Virus record (IMG/VR): IMGVR_UViG_3300006735_000002
Span: 17,571-81,570 of that record
Length of the DNA: 64,000 bases
Source: a virus
Direction: 5' to 3' (one strand)
The notes beneath the pieces are model-generated. The model was not told the DNA's origin. It did not search any database and worked only from the letters and a program-made list of their open reading frames with translations. Both the position numbers and the translations under genes were made by a program. Below, one piece after another: positions 36,319 through 44,599 of the stretch; position 1 is the first letter of the stretch; every line of letters begins with the position of its first letter.

Positions 36319-36911
36319 GCGACCTCCTGCCCTTCGATTTCGGTGAACTCGACACCGGTGATCCAGCCCGGCTTCCAGCCATTGCGGCCCAGCCGGTTCT
36401 GCTTGCGGTACCACTCAGGCGGGTTGATCGGCATCACGTACAGGCCAGCCACGCTGTAGACGCGGTGACCCCGCAGCACGATAGCTTCACCGATGGAGTT
36501 GACGGTCACGTTGACCACCCCGCCAGGAGCTGGACGGAAGTTACCCCTCCACTCACCCGTGCGGTCAGGGGGCAGGATGAAAGCCGTCAGGTACAAGTAC
36601 CCGTAGCTGCCGTTGGTGTTGCCCACGACCTTGATGGCCTCGTCCTCGTACAGGACGTACTCCTTGGCCACGCGGTGGATGTCCCAGTGCTCGTCCTTCA
36701 GCTCGGCGAAGCGCTCACGACAGACGTCGAGGACACCCTTGTTGAGCGCCAGGACCAAGGCTGAACGCTCAGCCTCGTTGCCGGCGTACCAGCTGATGCG
36801 GTCGGGGACGAGGCCGAAGCCGGGGTCCTCGGTGGCGATGGCGCGAGCGCCCCAGATTGCGGAGCAGCCGCCCTGCTGTGCTGCCTTGATTGCAAATGCG
36901 TATCCAAACAT
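36315..36911 (-). CDS. YeeU/CbeA-like type IV antitoxin domain with C-terminal extension
   Basis: WGARAI...LVPDR and VLYEDEAIKVVGNTNGSYGYLYLTAF resemble YeeU-family FGARLV...LADR and TLY...ADT.GS.GYVY.A. Confidence 0.6.
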   Translation of the reverse strand: MFGYAFAIKAAQQGGCSAIWGARAIATEDPGFGLVPDRISWYAGNEAERSALVLALNKGVLDVCRERFAELKDEHWDIHRVAKEYVLYEDEAIKVVGNTNGSYGYLYLTAFILPPDRTGEWRGNFRPAPGGVVNVTVNSIGEAIVLRGHRVYSVAGLYVMPINPPEWYRKQNRLGRNGWKPGWITGVEFTEIEGQEVA

Positions 36912-36912
36912 G

Positions 36913-37347
36913 TCACTCTCCCTTCTTGTTGAGGTTGTGCTTGACGAGCCAGATGCCCGCCTCGCTCTCGCTGTCGATCGCACGCACCAGCTTCTTGACG
37001 AACTTGCTGTCCGTCAGGCTGGAGGCGTTGGTGCGCAGACCGATGTGGTCGTACACGTCTTTTGCCTCGACGAGGTTGTCGCTGTCGTGGCTGTTGATTC
37101 GCTGCCAGGCGTAGGCCCGAGTGTAGAACTTCTCCCAGTTCTTCTCGGTGATGCAACCGATACCGACCGACATGGTCAGCCAGATGATCTGCTCGGTCAA
37201 GACCGAGAAGACTCGGAAGTCATCGTCACCGTTGTCGATGACCGTGCGGCGCTTGGACTTGCGGTAGTAGGCGATCTCCTCCGGGTCGGTGACCCGGGGG
37301 AAGGTGACGTCGCGGGAAACATTGCCGTGGTCAAAATCAAGGGACAT
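36913..37347 (-). CDS. Hypothetical phage protein
   Basis: IWLTMSVGIGCITEKN...HIGLRTNA. Confidence 0.7.
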   Translation of the reverse strand: MSLDFDHGNVSRDVTFPRVTDPEEIAYYRKSKRRTVIDNGDDDFRVFSVLTEQIIWLTMSVGIGCITEKNWEKFYTRAYAWQRINSHDSDNLVEAKDVYDHIGLRTNASSLTDSKFVKKLVRAIDSESEAGIWLVKHNLNKKGE

Positions 37348-37373
37348 GTGTAGCTCTCTTTGGTTGGGTTGGT

Positions 37374-37724
37374 TCAGTTGTTGAGCTCAAACATCAGGCG
37401 AATCACATCGTCGTGCCACTCGTTGAGGCGGGACGCCTCTTCTCGGTACTCAAGGACGAAGTGGCGCGGACTCACTACCGTCACCCCTTCCCACAGGTCG
37501 AAGGTGTACACACAGCGGAGCTCGACCGATGTGCCATTGCCGTCGGGGTCCATGCCCTTCAGCGGGTAGTACACGTGCAGCCGGTAGGTCTCGATCACAT
37601 CGGAGTAGTCGGGACCATTCCGGTGCTCGTGGGGAACCACCTCGACCTCAGCGAAGCGCGGGAGGTGGCGCTTCATCATGTTTGCCAGAACTTTGGCAGT
37701 CTCACCGTTCAAGACTTCAGGCAT
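37374..37724 (-). CDS. Hypothetical protein
   Basis: 116 aa, GGAGAG RBS. Confidence 0.6.
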   Translation of the reverse strand: MPEVLNGETAKVLANMMKRHLPRFAEVEVVPHEHRNGPDYSDVIETYRLHVYYPLKGMDPDGNGTSVELRCVYTFDLWEGVTVVSPRHFVLEYREEASRLNEWHDDVIRLMFELNN

Positions 37725-37733
37725 GTCTCTCTC

Positions 37734-38120
37734 CTACAGGTTGACGCCGCACGCCAACGTGTGCGGCTTTCCGTTTGTGACGTTGAAGACCGCGAACTGG
37801 CTGGTCAGCAGCGGTCGGTTGTCTCCCACCACGAACGTCTCGAGCTCGTAGGGGTTGTACCGAACTGCCTGCTCCGTTCCGTCGAGCAGGATGAGGTGGG
37901 TGACCCACCCCTTGGCGTAGGCATGGACATGCTCCCTGCCCTCACGCCTCACGCGAGCACGGCCGGAAGGTTGCACCCTCCAGGTCACGTGCTTCAACAC
38001 GATGCGCTTGGCGTACCCAACCACCAGGGCATGCTGTCGCACACTCCATTCTCGGCGGCGCTGGTTGAAGTACACCTGCACCGGGCGCTCTCGGTCGAAG
38101 AGCTGGTGGGTACGCTTCAC
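37734..38120 (-). CDS. Conserved hypothetical phage protein
   Basis: VYFNQ...WSVR...GRARVRREGREHVHAY...VRYNPY pattern recalled from other phages. Confidence 0.7.
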   Translation of the reverse strand: MKRTHQLFDRERPVQVYFNQRRREWSVRQHALVVGYAKRIVLKHVTWRVQPSGRARVRREGREHVHAYAKGWVTHLILLDGTEQAVRYNPYELETFVVGDNRPLLTSQFAVFNVTNGKPHTLACGVNL

Positions 38121-38287
38121 TCTGTCTCCACCGCTGCCGTCACAGACGGCTGTTCTGGGTCCGCGACCTCGCCTCCCTGCGACTCGACCTCGTCGACAAG
38201 TTCTTCGACGAAGGCGTGCAGCAGGTCGAGCAGCTGCGAGGGGTCGATGTTGGTGCGAATCTTGAAGCTAAGTGTGTGGGTATCCAT
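38117..38287 (-). CDS. Small hypothetical protein
   Basis: GAGGAG RBS before MDTHTL. Confidence 0.55.
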   Translation of the reverse strand: MDTHTLSFKIRTNIDPSQLLDLLHAFVEELVDEVESQGGEVADPEQPSVTAAVETE

Positions 38288-38288
38288 G

Positions 38289-38879
38289 TCAGTTCTCCTC
38301 GATGACGATGACGTCGTTGCTGTTGACCCAGATGGTTTCTTCCTGCTCGTTCTCGACGTTGATGCCGAGACGCTGGCCCGGCTTGTACCGGTCCTGGCCT
38401 GTCCAGAAGACGTGGCCGCACTTGTTGATGTTGCGCTGACTCTTGGGGCCAGCACGCACCACGCGGATGAAGTCTCCGCGCTGAACCTGCCGGTCCGTCT
38501 CCTCGACCAGGTGGGCGAGACTCTCAGCCCGCCGAGGCGCCGGCGCCGGGGGCGTGGGCTGCGCCGCGCTCTGCGGTGCAGTGCCGAACGAGTAGCCAGC
38601 AACGGCTCCGCAGTCTCGGCAGTAATCGAATCCGACCACGCCGTCGTATCCGAAGTGGGTGGTGTTGCCGCAGCTTGTGCAGCTCATGGTGGCGGTGGGG
38701 GTCGAGGGGGTCATGGTGCTCTCCTTGGTGAGGTAGTCCTTCGGGATGAACATCCGCGAAGGCTTGATGGTGTGGTGCTGTCCTGCCTGGTAGGCGAGAC
38801 GCATCACGTCGTCGGGCTGGCCGGAGTGGACCCGGCCATCGTGGTCAGTCCACTGCAGGCGTGTCTTCACACCTTCCAT
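38289..38879 (-). CDS. Zinc-ribbon-containing hypothetical protein
   Basis: CTSCG...CRDCG; alternative start at MTPSTP. Confidence 0.55.
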   Translation of the reverse strand: MEGVKTRLQWTDHDGRVHSGQPDDVMRLAYQAGQHHTIKPSRMFIPKDYLTKESTMTPSTPTATMSCTSCGNTTHFGYDGVVGFDYCRDCGAVAGYSFGTAPQSAAQPTPPAPAPRRAESLAHLVEETDRQVQRGDFIRVVRAGPKSQRNINKCGHVFWTGQDRYKPGQRLGINVENEQEETIWVNSNDVIVIEEN

Positions 38880-39457
38880 TGCTTTGCCTTCGACGTACAG
38901 TCGCCTTCGTAGGTGTATGTGGCTTCGCACAGGTACACGGTGCCGACATCCGGCACGTACTTGGCCGTCTCCGTGAACGTCTCCAGCACGGCGGTGTAGC
39001 CGCTCTCCCAGACCCAGTGGTCGTCCTCGTGCCGGAGCGTGAACTTGACCTGCGCCTTGGGAAGCTCACGCGTTCCCTCGGTCTCCGTCCACCGCACCGG
39101 GTCGAGTCGTTCCCACGTCTCGTCGTTGAAGTCGAGCCACTCTTCTCCGTTGTCGTCCGTCGAGTGGATGACCGAGTCGAGGTAGTTGAACTCCGCCTCG
39201 TTCTCCCAGTGCTCAGCGCACGGGATGTTGAACAGCTCGGGCAGGCCCGCGGCCTTGACCAAGGTGTCCATGTCGTGGAACTTCGCAGTGCTCGACTTCT
39301 CAGCGAGTTCGACCTTGTGCTTTTCCACGAGTCTGCGGAGGTCCTTGATGGCTTCATCCTTTGTCGGAGCCCACGCCTGGCATGGGTACTCCGTCGACCG
39401 GGCATGCCAGCCCGCCCTCCGGTTGGTGTCTTCCATCTTCTTCAGTTTCATCTTCAT
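38867..39457 (-). CDS. Protein with HicB-like N-terminal domain
   Basis: GWHARSTEYPCQAWAPTKDEAIKDL resembles the HicB partial RNase H fold; AGGAG RBS. Confidence 0.55.
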   Translation of the reverse strand: MKMKLKKMEDTNRRAGWHARSTEYPCQAWAPTKDEAIKDLRRLVEKHKVELAEKSSTAKFHDMDTLVKAAGLPELFNIPCAEHWENEAEFNYLDSVIHSTDDNGEEWLDFNDETWERLDPVRWTETEGTRELPKAQVKFTLRHEDDHWVWESGYTAVLETFTETAKYVPDVGTVYLCEATYTYEGDCTSKAKQWKV

Positions 39458-39478
39458 GGTTCTCTCCTGGTTGTGGTT

Positions 39479-39849
39479 GGTGTGAGGCACCTGTCAGGCC
39501 GTGCCCCCCTGCGCCTCGATCTCGTCTTCGTAGAAGCCGTCACGCCACGGGGCGTCCGCTCCATGCAAGGTGACCATGGGCCAACAGCCCGTCTCTCCAA
39601 GGTCGTGGCCCTGCACAATGGCCATCTGCCCCACGTAGGAATCTTCGTCGGACTTGATGACCTTCACCCGGCTGCCCACTGGGAAGACTCGCTGGGCTTC
39701 GATCAGCCATGCAGCCTTCTTGGTAGAAGACTCTTGCAGGATTTCGTGAGGGGCACCTGCACGATTGACAGTAGACCAGCAGAATGATGGCATCGTTGCT
39801 CCAAGGTGTGGGGTGTGGGGCACCTGTCAGGCCGTGCCCCCCTGCGCCT
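39479..39849. repeat. About 38-bp direct repeat flanking a single gene
   Basis: GGCACCTGTCAGGCCGTGCCCCCCTGCGCCT identical at 39486-39516 and 39819-39849, preceded by GGTGTG(A/G); internal GGCAC/GTGCC hairpin. Confidence 0.9.
39494..39793 (-). CDS. Hypothetical protein (possible SH3/KOW-like barrel)
   Basis: FPVGSRVKVI...YVGQMAIV; GGAG RBS; stop codon lies inside the repeat. Confidence 0.6.
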   Translation of the reverse strand: MPSFCWSTVNRAGAPHEILQESSTKKAAWLIEAQRVFPVGSRVKVIKSDEDSYVGQMAIVQGHDLGETGCWPMVTLHGADAPWRDGFYEDEIEAQGGTA

Positions 39850-39857
39850 TGTGCCTC

Positions 39858-41027
39858 TCAGGCAGAGACGAGCACGCGGTTCTCAACGCTGCGCACGATG
39901 CCGTCGAGGAGGACAGCGTTGGAGAACTTCTCCATTTCGTGCTGGAGAGAGAGGCTCTCCTCCTGCGCCACTCGGGTGATGCCATCAACGGCACCTGCCA
40001 GGGTGCCGTACGGGCTGCTGGTCTCGTCGCGCAAACCGCGCTCGAAGACGTTGGTCAGCACGCGGTCGGGCACCCGGGTCTTGCGCTTGGCGTTGACCTC
40101 GGTGATGAAGGTCTCGACCGGGCCCAGTGTGTTGTCCTCGATCTTGGCGTCGGGATCGAAGTCGATGCGGGTGTTGACCGACTGCTCGTAGAGGTCGAAG
40201 CCCTCACCCATACCGCGGCGGATGCCCGCCAACTGCTCGGGCAGGTGGTCGTTGACGCGCTGCATCATGTCGCCGACGTGGTTGTGACGCGACCGACCGT
40301 AGTCCTCCAGCGTGGCGGCGATGCCGTTGCTGCAGATCAACTTCCAGAGCTTGCCCCAGAACGACAGGCTGGCGTGCCCGGTCTCGCTGTTCCACATCTC
40401 GATCATCTTGATCGGCGTGCCCAGCTTGATGGGCTCGTCGGCGATGCGGACTCGCATGCGCTCTGTCGTGAGCTGGTACTCGATGACGTTGCGGTCGCCG
40501 CCGAAGTGGTCGACTGCCAGCGACAGTGCCTCGACGTGGGACAGTGGCGCGTACCCCTCGGTCACGACACCGTCGAGAACGGGCAGGCTCTCGCCGCGAC
40601 GGGAGCTCACTCGCCAGCGCAGCGTCTTGCTCACGCGCTGCGACCACATACGGAGCATGAGGTTGGTGGCCTCGAAGGCGCGTGCCTCCTGCCCACGCCA
40701 GTTGGCGGTGCTGTCGAGCTCGGCCGTCTGCTCGAGAATCTTACCGAGGCCGGAGATCTCGAGGTACTGGCTCAGCTGGCGGAAGGCGGACTTGGCCACC
40801 TTGACCTTGTCGTTGCCGAGTACGGCGACGGCACCACCGTCTTTGGCGGGGAAGAAGGCGAACGGCACAGCGTTCACCGGAATGAGGTAGTCGTGTCGAG
40901 CCTGCTTCTCGCTGATGACTGACTGCAGGTGCGCCACATCGGACAGGGTCATGCCCGCATCGTGGCCGCGCTTGAGGATGAGGCTGCTGGGCAGCAGGAT
41001 GTTGATGTTGGGATCGATGATGGTCAT
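39858..41027 (-). CDS. DUF932-family protein
   Basis: VVTEGYAPLSH, NSETGHASL, LICSNG, RHNHVG. Confidence 0.75.
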   Translation of the reverse strand: MTIIDPNINILLPSSLILKRGHDAGMTLSDVAHLQSVISEKQARHDYLIPVNAVPFAFFPAKDGGAVAVLGNDKVKVAKSAFRQLSQYLEISGLGKILEQTAELDSTANWRGQEARAFEATNLMLRMWSQRVSKTLRWRVSSRRGESLPVLDGVVTEGYAPLSHVEALSLAVDHFGGDRNVIEYQLTTERMRVRIADEPIKLGTPIKMIEMWNSETGHASLSFWGKLWKLICSNGIAATLEDYGRSRHNHVGDMMQRVNDHLPEQLAGIRRGMGEGFDLYEQSVNTRIDFDPDAKIEDNTLGPVETFITEVNAKRKTRVPDRVLTNVFERGLRDETSSPYGTLAGAVDGITRVAQEESLSLQHEMEKFSNAVLLDGIVRSVENRVLVSA

Positions 41028-41126
41028 GTCAGTTGCTCCGGTGGTTGTGCTTGCGGATGATGGCGTCCCGCAGGAACGGGTCGCCCAGGGTGTCGAGCCC
41101 GAGGGCCTTGCGGATGGCGGCGGTGT

Positions 41127-41330
41127 TCATGTTGCTCCTCCCTTGTTGATCTTGACCCAGCAGGCGAGCCAGACCTCGCCAGTCTCCGGGTCCTTGCGGG
41201 CGACGTGGCCGCCGCCTGCGTCGACCAGCTCAACCAGGTTGTCGGCGTCGAGGACCTGCTGGGCCTCGGGGTCGGTGACCTCGTGTCTCTCGAACGTGTC
41301 GAGGTCCTGTGCCATGAATGTCTCTCCCAT
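41127..41330 (-). CDS. Small hypothetical protein
   Basis: GAGGAG RBS before MGETFMAQ; GEVWLACWVKI. Confidence 0.5.
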   Translation of the reverse strand: MGETFMAQDLDTFERHEVTDPEAQQVLDADNLVELVDAGGGHVARKDPETGEVWLACWVKINKGGAT

Positions 41331-41338
41331 GTTGCTCC

Positions 41339-42184
41339 TCACTTTGCCGCTGCTGCGGCGGTGTCGTTGTTGATGCGGCGGACCTTGGAGGCAATCGCTC
41401 CATGGAAGGCCAGCCAGAAGGACGGCCGACGAGCCCCGCGCTCGTTGCCGTTGCACCCATGGCACTGCACACAGGTCAGTCCGTGGGCGTCTGCATTGCA
41501 CTCTCGACCGAGTGCGGCGAAGGCGGCGTCGTCTTCTGCGGAACCGCTCGATGCGAACCAGCGCCAGCCAGCAGCACGGGCACGCATCGCATCCGCCGGG
41601 CTGGATACCGAGGCCATGAAGTACTGTCCCCAGGTGGCAGCGTCGAGGCTGCGCCACGCTGCGGTGTAGCCGCTGTGACCCTTGGCTCCATGGAGGATGC
41701 TCTCCCACACATGGAGTGGAACAGCTGCGCCGTCACCGTCGTTGGTCAGGCGGATCTCCGCACCAGTGTAGAAGCCGTCAGGGACACCGACGACACCCCG
41801 CAGGAGCAGGCCCAGCGCTGCCTCCCAGGCGAACCCGAGACGATGCTTGTCGACATAGCAAGTGCCGAGACCATGTCGTGCCTTGCTGCGATGGACGCAG
41901 TCGTCAGGGCAGACTGCGTCGTCAAGTCCTGCGTCGTAGGCAGGACCCGGTGCGATGTCCTGCCGCATCACTGCGACCTGGATCATGTCTCCCGTCTTCA
42001 CGTTCTTGGATGAGGCGTTGTTGCACTGCGCCACGACCATGATGGGGTCGCCGGTGAGCAGCGAGTTGCCTGCCCACAACACAATGGTCGATGGCAGGTC
42101 GGCCACTCGGCGAACGCCGAGAACCTTCTTGACGTGCTGCTTCCAGGCGGAACGCCACTTGAGGTTGAGGAAGGATGCGGTCAT
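41339..42184 (-). CDS. Cys-rich Gp88/DUF7227-like phage protein (possible radical-SAM-related Fe-S protein)
   Basis: NVKTG, VCPDDC...CYV, IRLTNDGD, GYTAAW, MASV, C...TCVQCHGC, FHG. Confidence 0.65.
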   Translation of the reverse strand: MTASFLNLKWRSAWKQHVKKVLGVRRVADLPSTIVLWAGNSLLTGDPIMVVAQCNNASSKNVKTGDMIQVAVMRQDIAPGPAYDAGLDDAVCPDDCVHRSKARHGLGTCYVDKHRLGFAWEAALGLLLRGVVGVPDGFYTGAEIRLTNDGDGAAVPLHVWESILHGAKGHSGYTAAWRSLDAATWGQYFMASVSSPADAMRARAAGWRWFASSGSAEDDAAFAALGRECNADAHGLTCVQCHGCNGNERGARRPSFWLAFHGAIASKVRRINNDTAAAAAK

Positions 42185-42206
42185 GTATTGCTCCGTGTTG
42201 TGGCAC

Positions 42207-42235
42207 AGCGTATTGTGCTGTGCTGTTACTGTCAA
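42207..42235 (-). promoter_or_regulatory. Sigma70-type promoter
   Basis: TTGACA (42235-42230), 17-nt spacer, TACGCT (42212-42207), just upstream of the 42184 gene. Confidence 0.7.
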
Positions 42236-42570
42236 GGATGGATGATCGTCCAAGCCTGCCACACGGCGACATGCCGCATGGCTTCGCGCATCCCGTCGGC
42301 GGAGATGCACCATGCCTCGATGCCTCCATCGAGGTTCAGCGCCCCGCCCCTGCGCTTGAGCAGAGTCGAGACGTAGTACCGGCGCACGAACTGCCCCTCG
42401 TCGGGGAAGGTGTCCCCGGCGAACTCGCGGTCGTAGAACTCGACCAGGGGCTCGGCCTCCTCGTGGGTCTTGCCGTGGTTGAGGCCGTAGCGGTCGCCCT
42501 TGCGGACGAACCGCACACGCCAGGGCTGACCCGTCTCGTGGTCGATGAAGTCGTGGAGGGGGTCGGTCAT
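42232..42570 (-). CDS. Conserved hypothetical phage protein
   Basis: GDRYG...PLVEFYD...GQFVRRYYVSTL...LNLDGG. Confidence 0.7.
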   Translation of the reverse strand: MTDPLHDFIDHETGQPWRVRFVRKGDRYGLNHGKTHEEAEPLVEFYDREFAGDTFPDEGQFVRRYYVSTLLKRRGGALNLDGGIEAWCISADGMREAMRHVAVWQAWTIIHP

Positions 42571-42797
42571 GATGTCTCCTCGTTGGTGCAGGTGTCGATG
42601 CAGTCGCGCGGGACACCCGGGATGTCGGCCTCCAGGGCGACGCCAACAGGGGCGTTCCAGTCCCAGGACTTGACGTTCTCGTCCTTGGCGTTTCGCTTCG
42701 CGCAGTGAGGGCAGAGCTCACCGTCGCGCGCGAAGTAGCGAATGCGGCTGCCGGTCACACGGCAGTGGCCTCCGAGGTAGCGGGTAAAGGGGGTCAT
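42567..42797 (-). CDS. Small Cys-containing protein
   Basis: 76 aa, CPHC; GGAG RBS. Confidence 0.55.
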   Translation of the reverse strand: MTPFTRYLGGHCRVTGSRIRYFARDGELCPHCAKRNAKDENVKSWDWNAPVGVALEADIPGVPRDCIDTCTNEETS

Positions 42798-42809
42798 GAT
42801 GTTTCTCCA

Positions 42810-42918
42810 GAGTGAGCGCCGACGCAGGGAACCTGCGCCCCAAGGACCGTCCTTGGCTCAGACAACGAGGGCCCGGCAGCCGAAGCCGCCAGGCCCTCAC
42901 CCGTCGCACGAATCACTC
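42810..42918 (-). ncRNA. Structured intergenic RNA element
   Basis: 14-bp hairpin with cUUCGg loop, two more hairpins, enclosed by GAGTGA/TCACTC; wobbles valid on the minus strand. Confidence 0.55.
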
Positions 42919-42932
42919 AGCCTTGATGAACG

Positions 42933-43562
42933 TCATGCCTCACCTTTGCTGACCAAGGTCCAGAAGACCGCGGTGTTCTCTCCGATAGATTCCTTTCCCA
43001 TCACTGCGCGAGCGAGCTTTCGGTGCTCGGGGCCGAAGGGCTCGGGGAAACCGCGGAGGCAGCCCAGGAGGATCTCCCACTCCAAGGACAGTGCGATGTC
43101 CATCCTCGCCCACTCACAGCAGGCGAGGAGCTCGTCCACGGCGAGAAGCCAGTCATCCACTCGCTTCGTGTGCCAGTCTTCGTCCGGGTACTGGTTGACC
43201 AGCTCCTTCAGGTTGTAGTCGATGTCCTCATCATCGAACGGGTCGCGCGGAACATCGGAAGGAGCGTTGCCCTTCCGCATAGCCAGACCGGCGATGGCGG
43301 CTGCTTCCATGTCGTACTCCCGCTCGAGCTTCACGTGCTCGTCATACGCCTGCTGGAAGTCCTCGGGCGTGACTGCCACGCCCACATCAGGGAAGGCCTG
43401 CGCAGCCTCGGCCGCACGGAATCCTGGTCGAATGTGTACCAACTTGCCGCGGTACTCCCGCTTGACCACGACCCGCTGGGCGTAGTCGACGATGCTGCCC
43501 TCCCACTCCTCCATGACCGTGTTCCACGGAGGGAAGAAGGGGATGGTCTTGTCTCCCATCAC
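42933..43562 (-). CDS. Hypothetical protein
   Basis: 209 aa, GGAGGTG RBS. Confidence 0.65.
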   Translation of the reverse strand: MMGDKTIPFFPPWNTVMEEWEGSIVDYAQRVVVKREYRGKLVHIRPGFRAAEAAQAFPDVGVAVTPEDFQQAYDEHVKLEREYDMEAAAIAGLAMRKGNAPSDVPRDPFDDEDIDYNLKELVNQYPDEDWHTKRVDDWLLAVDELLACCEWARMDIALSLEWEILLGCLRGFPEPFGPEHRKLARAVMGKESIGENTAVFWTLVSKGEA

Positions 43563-43780
43563 TCACCTCCCAGGGACCACGTGGTCTGGAGAAAGGACAC
43601 CATGCGGTGCGCCGTCTTGGTCTCGTCGAACGTGACCTCCTCGCGCCCCGGCACCCCCGGTATGATGTTGTTGACTGTGATGTCGTTGCCGCTGGTGCGG
43701 ATCACGGTGCCGGTCACGTCGACCCCGTGGGATGCGAGGTAGAAACTCACGCGGCGGTCAAGGTAGAGGTGGGGCATCAT
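43559..43780 (-). CDS. Small hypothetical protein
   Basis: 73 aa, coupled at both ends. Confidence 0.6.
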   Translation of the reverse strand: MMPHLYLDRRVSFYLASHGVDVTGTVIRTSGNDITVNNIIPGVPGREEVTFDETKTAHRMVSFLQTTWSLGGE

Positions 43781-44040
43781 GCCTCACCTCCGTCGGTGAA
43801 GCAGCCATCCCACACGCGGGCGTGGTCTTCCTGGGCGTGGCGGTGAACCTCATCGACTATTTCCTCGAGCTTCACGAGGAAGGTAGTCAGGGAGATTTCG
43901 TCTGTGTCTCTGCTCCCCATGTACATCCGCTCCGCGAGGAGGAAGATGTCTCTCTTCACGGTACTCGCGATGTCCTGCTTCACGATGAGCCCGTACGAAC
44001 CTTTCATCAGTTCCTCGACGCGCTTTCTTTCACTACTCAT
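43777..44040 (-). CDS. Small hypothetical protein
   Basis: AGGAG RBS before MSSERK. Confidence 0.6.
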   Translation of the reverse strand: MSSERKRVEELMKGSYGLIVKQDIASTVKRDIFLLAERMYMGSRDTDEISLTTFLVKLEEIVDEVHRHAQEDHARVWDGCFTDGGEA

Positions 44041-44158
44041 GTCATGCTCCTGTTGTTGATGGCAGACACACTTGTCATGCCTGAGAATGTCAGTGCTACT
44101 GGCATTCTCAGCCACGCACGGCCCACTACCTTAGCAGTAGCGGGCCGTGGTGTGCCTT

Positions 44159-44314
44159 TCAGGTGGTGAGGGCGAGGACCGTGACGGTCCCCATGCCGGC
44201 GCCGATGAGCGCCAGTACCAGGGTGCCGACCCATCCGGTCGGCTGCTCGTCCCGGCCCACGCGGACCGGGATGCGATGGTCGGTGATCTGCTCGGTGTAG
44301 TCTTCGAGGTTCAT
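44159..44314 (-). CDS. Small C-terminally anchored membrane protein
   Basis: 51 aa MNLEDY...WVGTLVLALIGAGMGTVTVLALTT; GGAGG RBS; below the ORF-track cut-off. Confidence 0.55.
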   Translation of the reverse strand: MNLEDYTEQITDHRIPVRVGRDEQPTGWVGTLVLALIGAGMGTVTVLALTT

Positions 44315-44529
44315 GCCACACCTCCTGTGCTCATGATTGCGTCGTGGATCTTGTCGTTGACCAGAACGACGACCATCCTCTCTGTCTCGGCACCGGTCAT
44401 GCCGTGGGTCTTGGCGATGTCGCGCTTCTCTTCTGGGCCGGGGGCGACCTCCGCAGCTTCGATGCGGTCACTGACGGTGGCCATGACGGTGGCCAAGGCC
44501 ATTGCGGTTGCGTGAAAGTTCGATCCCAT
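44311..44529 (-). CDS. Small hypothetical protein
   Basis: AGGAGCAAC RBS. Confidence 0.55.
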   Translation of the reverse strand: MGSNFHATAMALATVMATVSDRIEAAEVAPGPEEKRDIAKTHGMTGAETERMVVVLVNDKIHDAIMSTGGVA

Positions 44530-44599
44530 GGTGTTGCTCCTGATGTGCCCCCGGAGGGGCGAGGGTCAGCGGGACAGTGCCCGCTTGAGGGTGGGTGCT

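Noticed and set aside
37413-38912. Long antisense ORFs (499 aa here; also 8066-9451, 9563-11317, 47009-48322)
   Set aside because: Shadow ORFs of GC-rich coding strands with no RBS or motifs
42933-43789. 13-bp repeat TCATGCCTCACCT and recurring GGAGCAAC leaders as mobile-element ends
   Set aside because: Explained by SD plus coupled stop/start sequences
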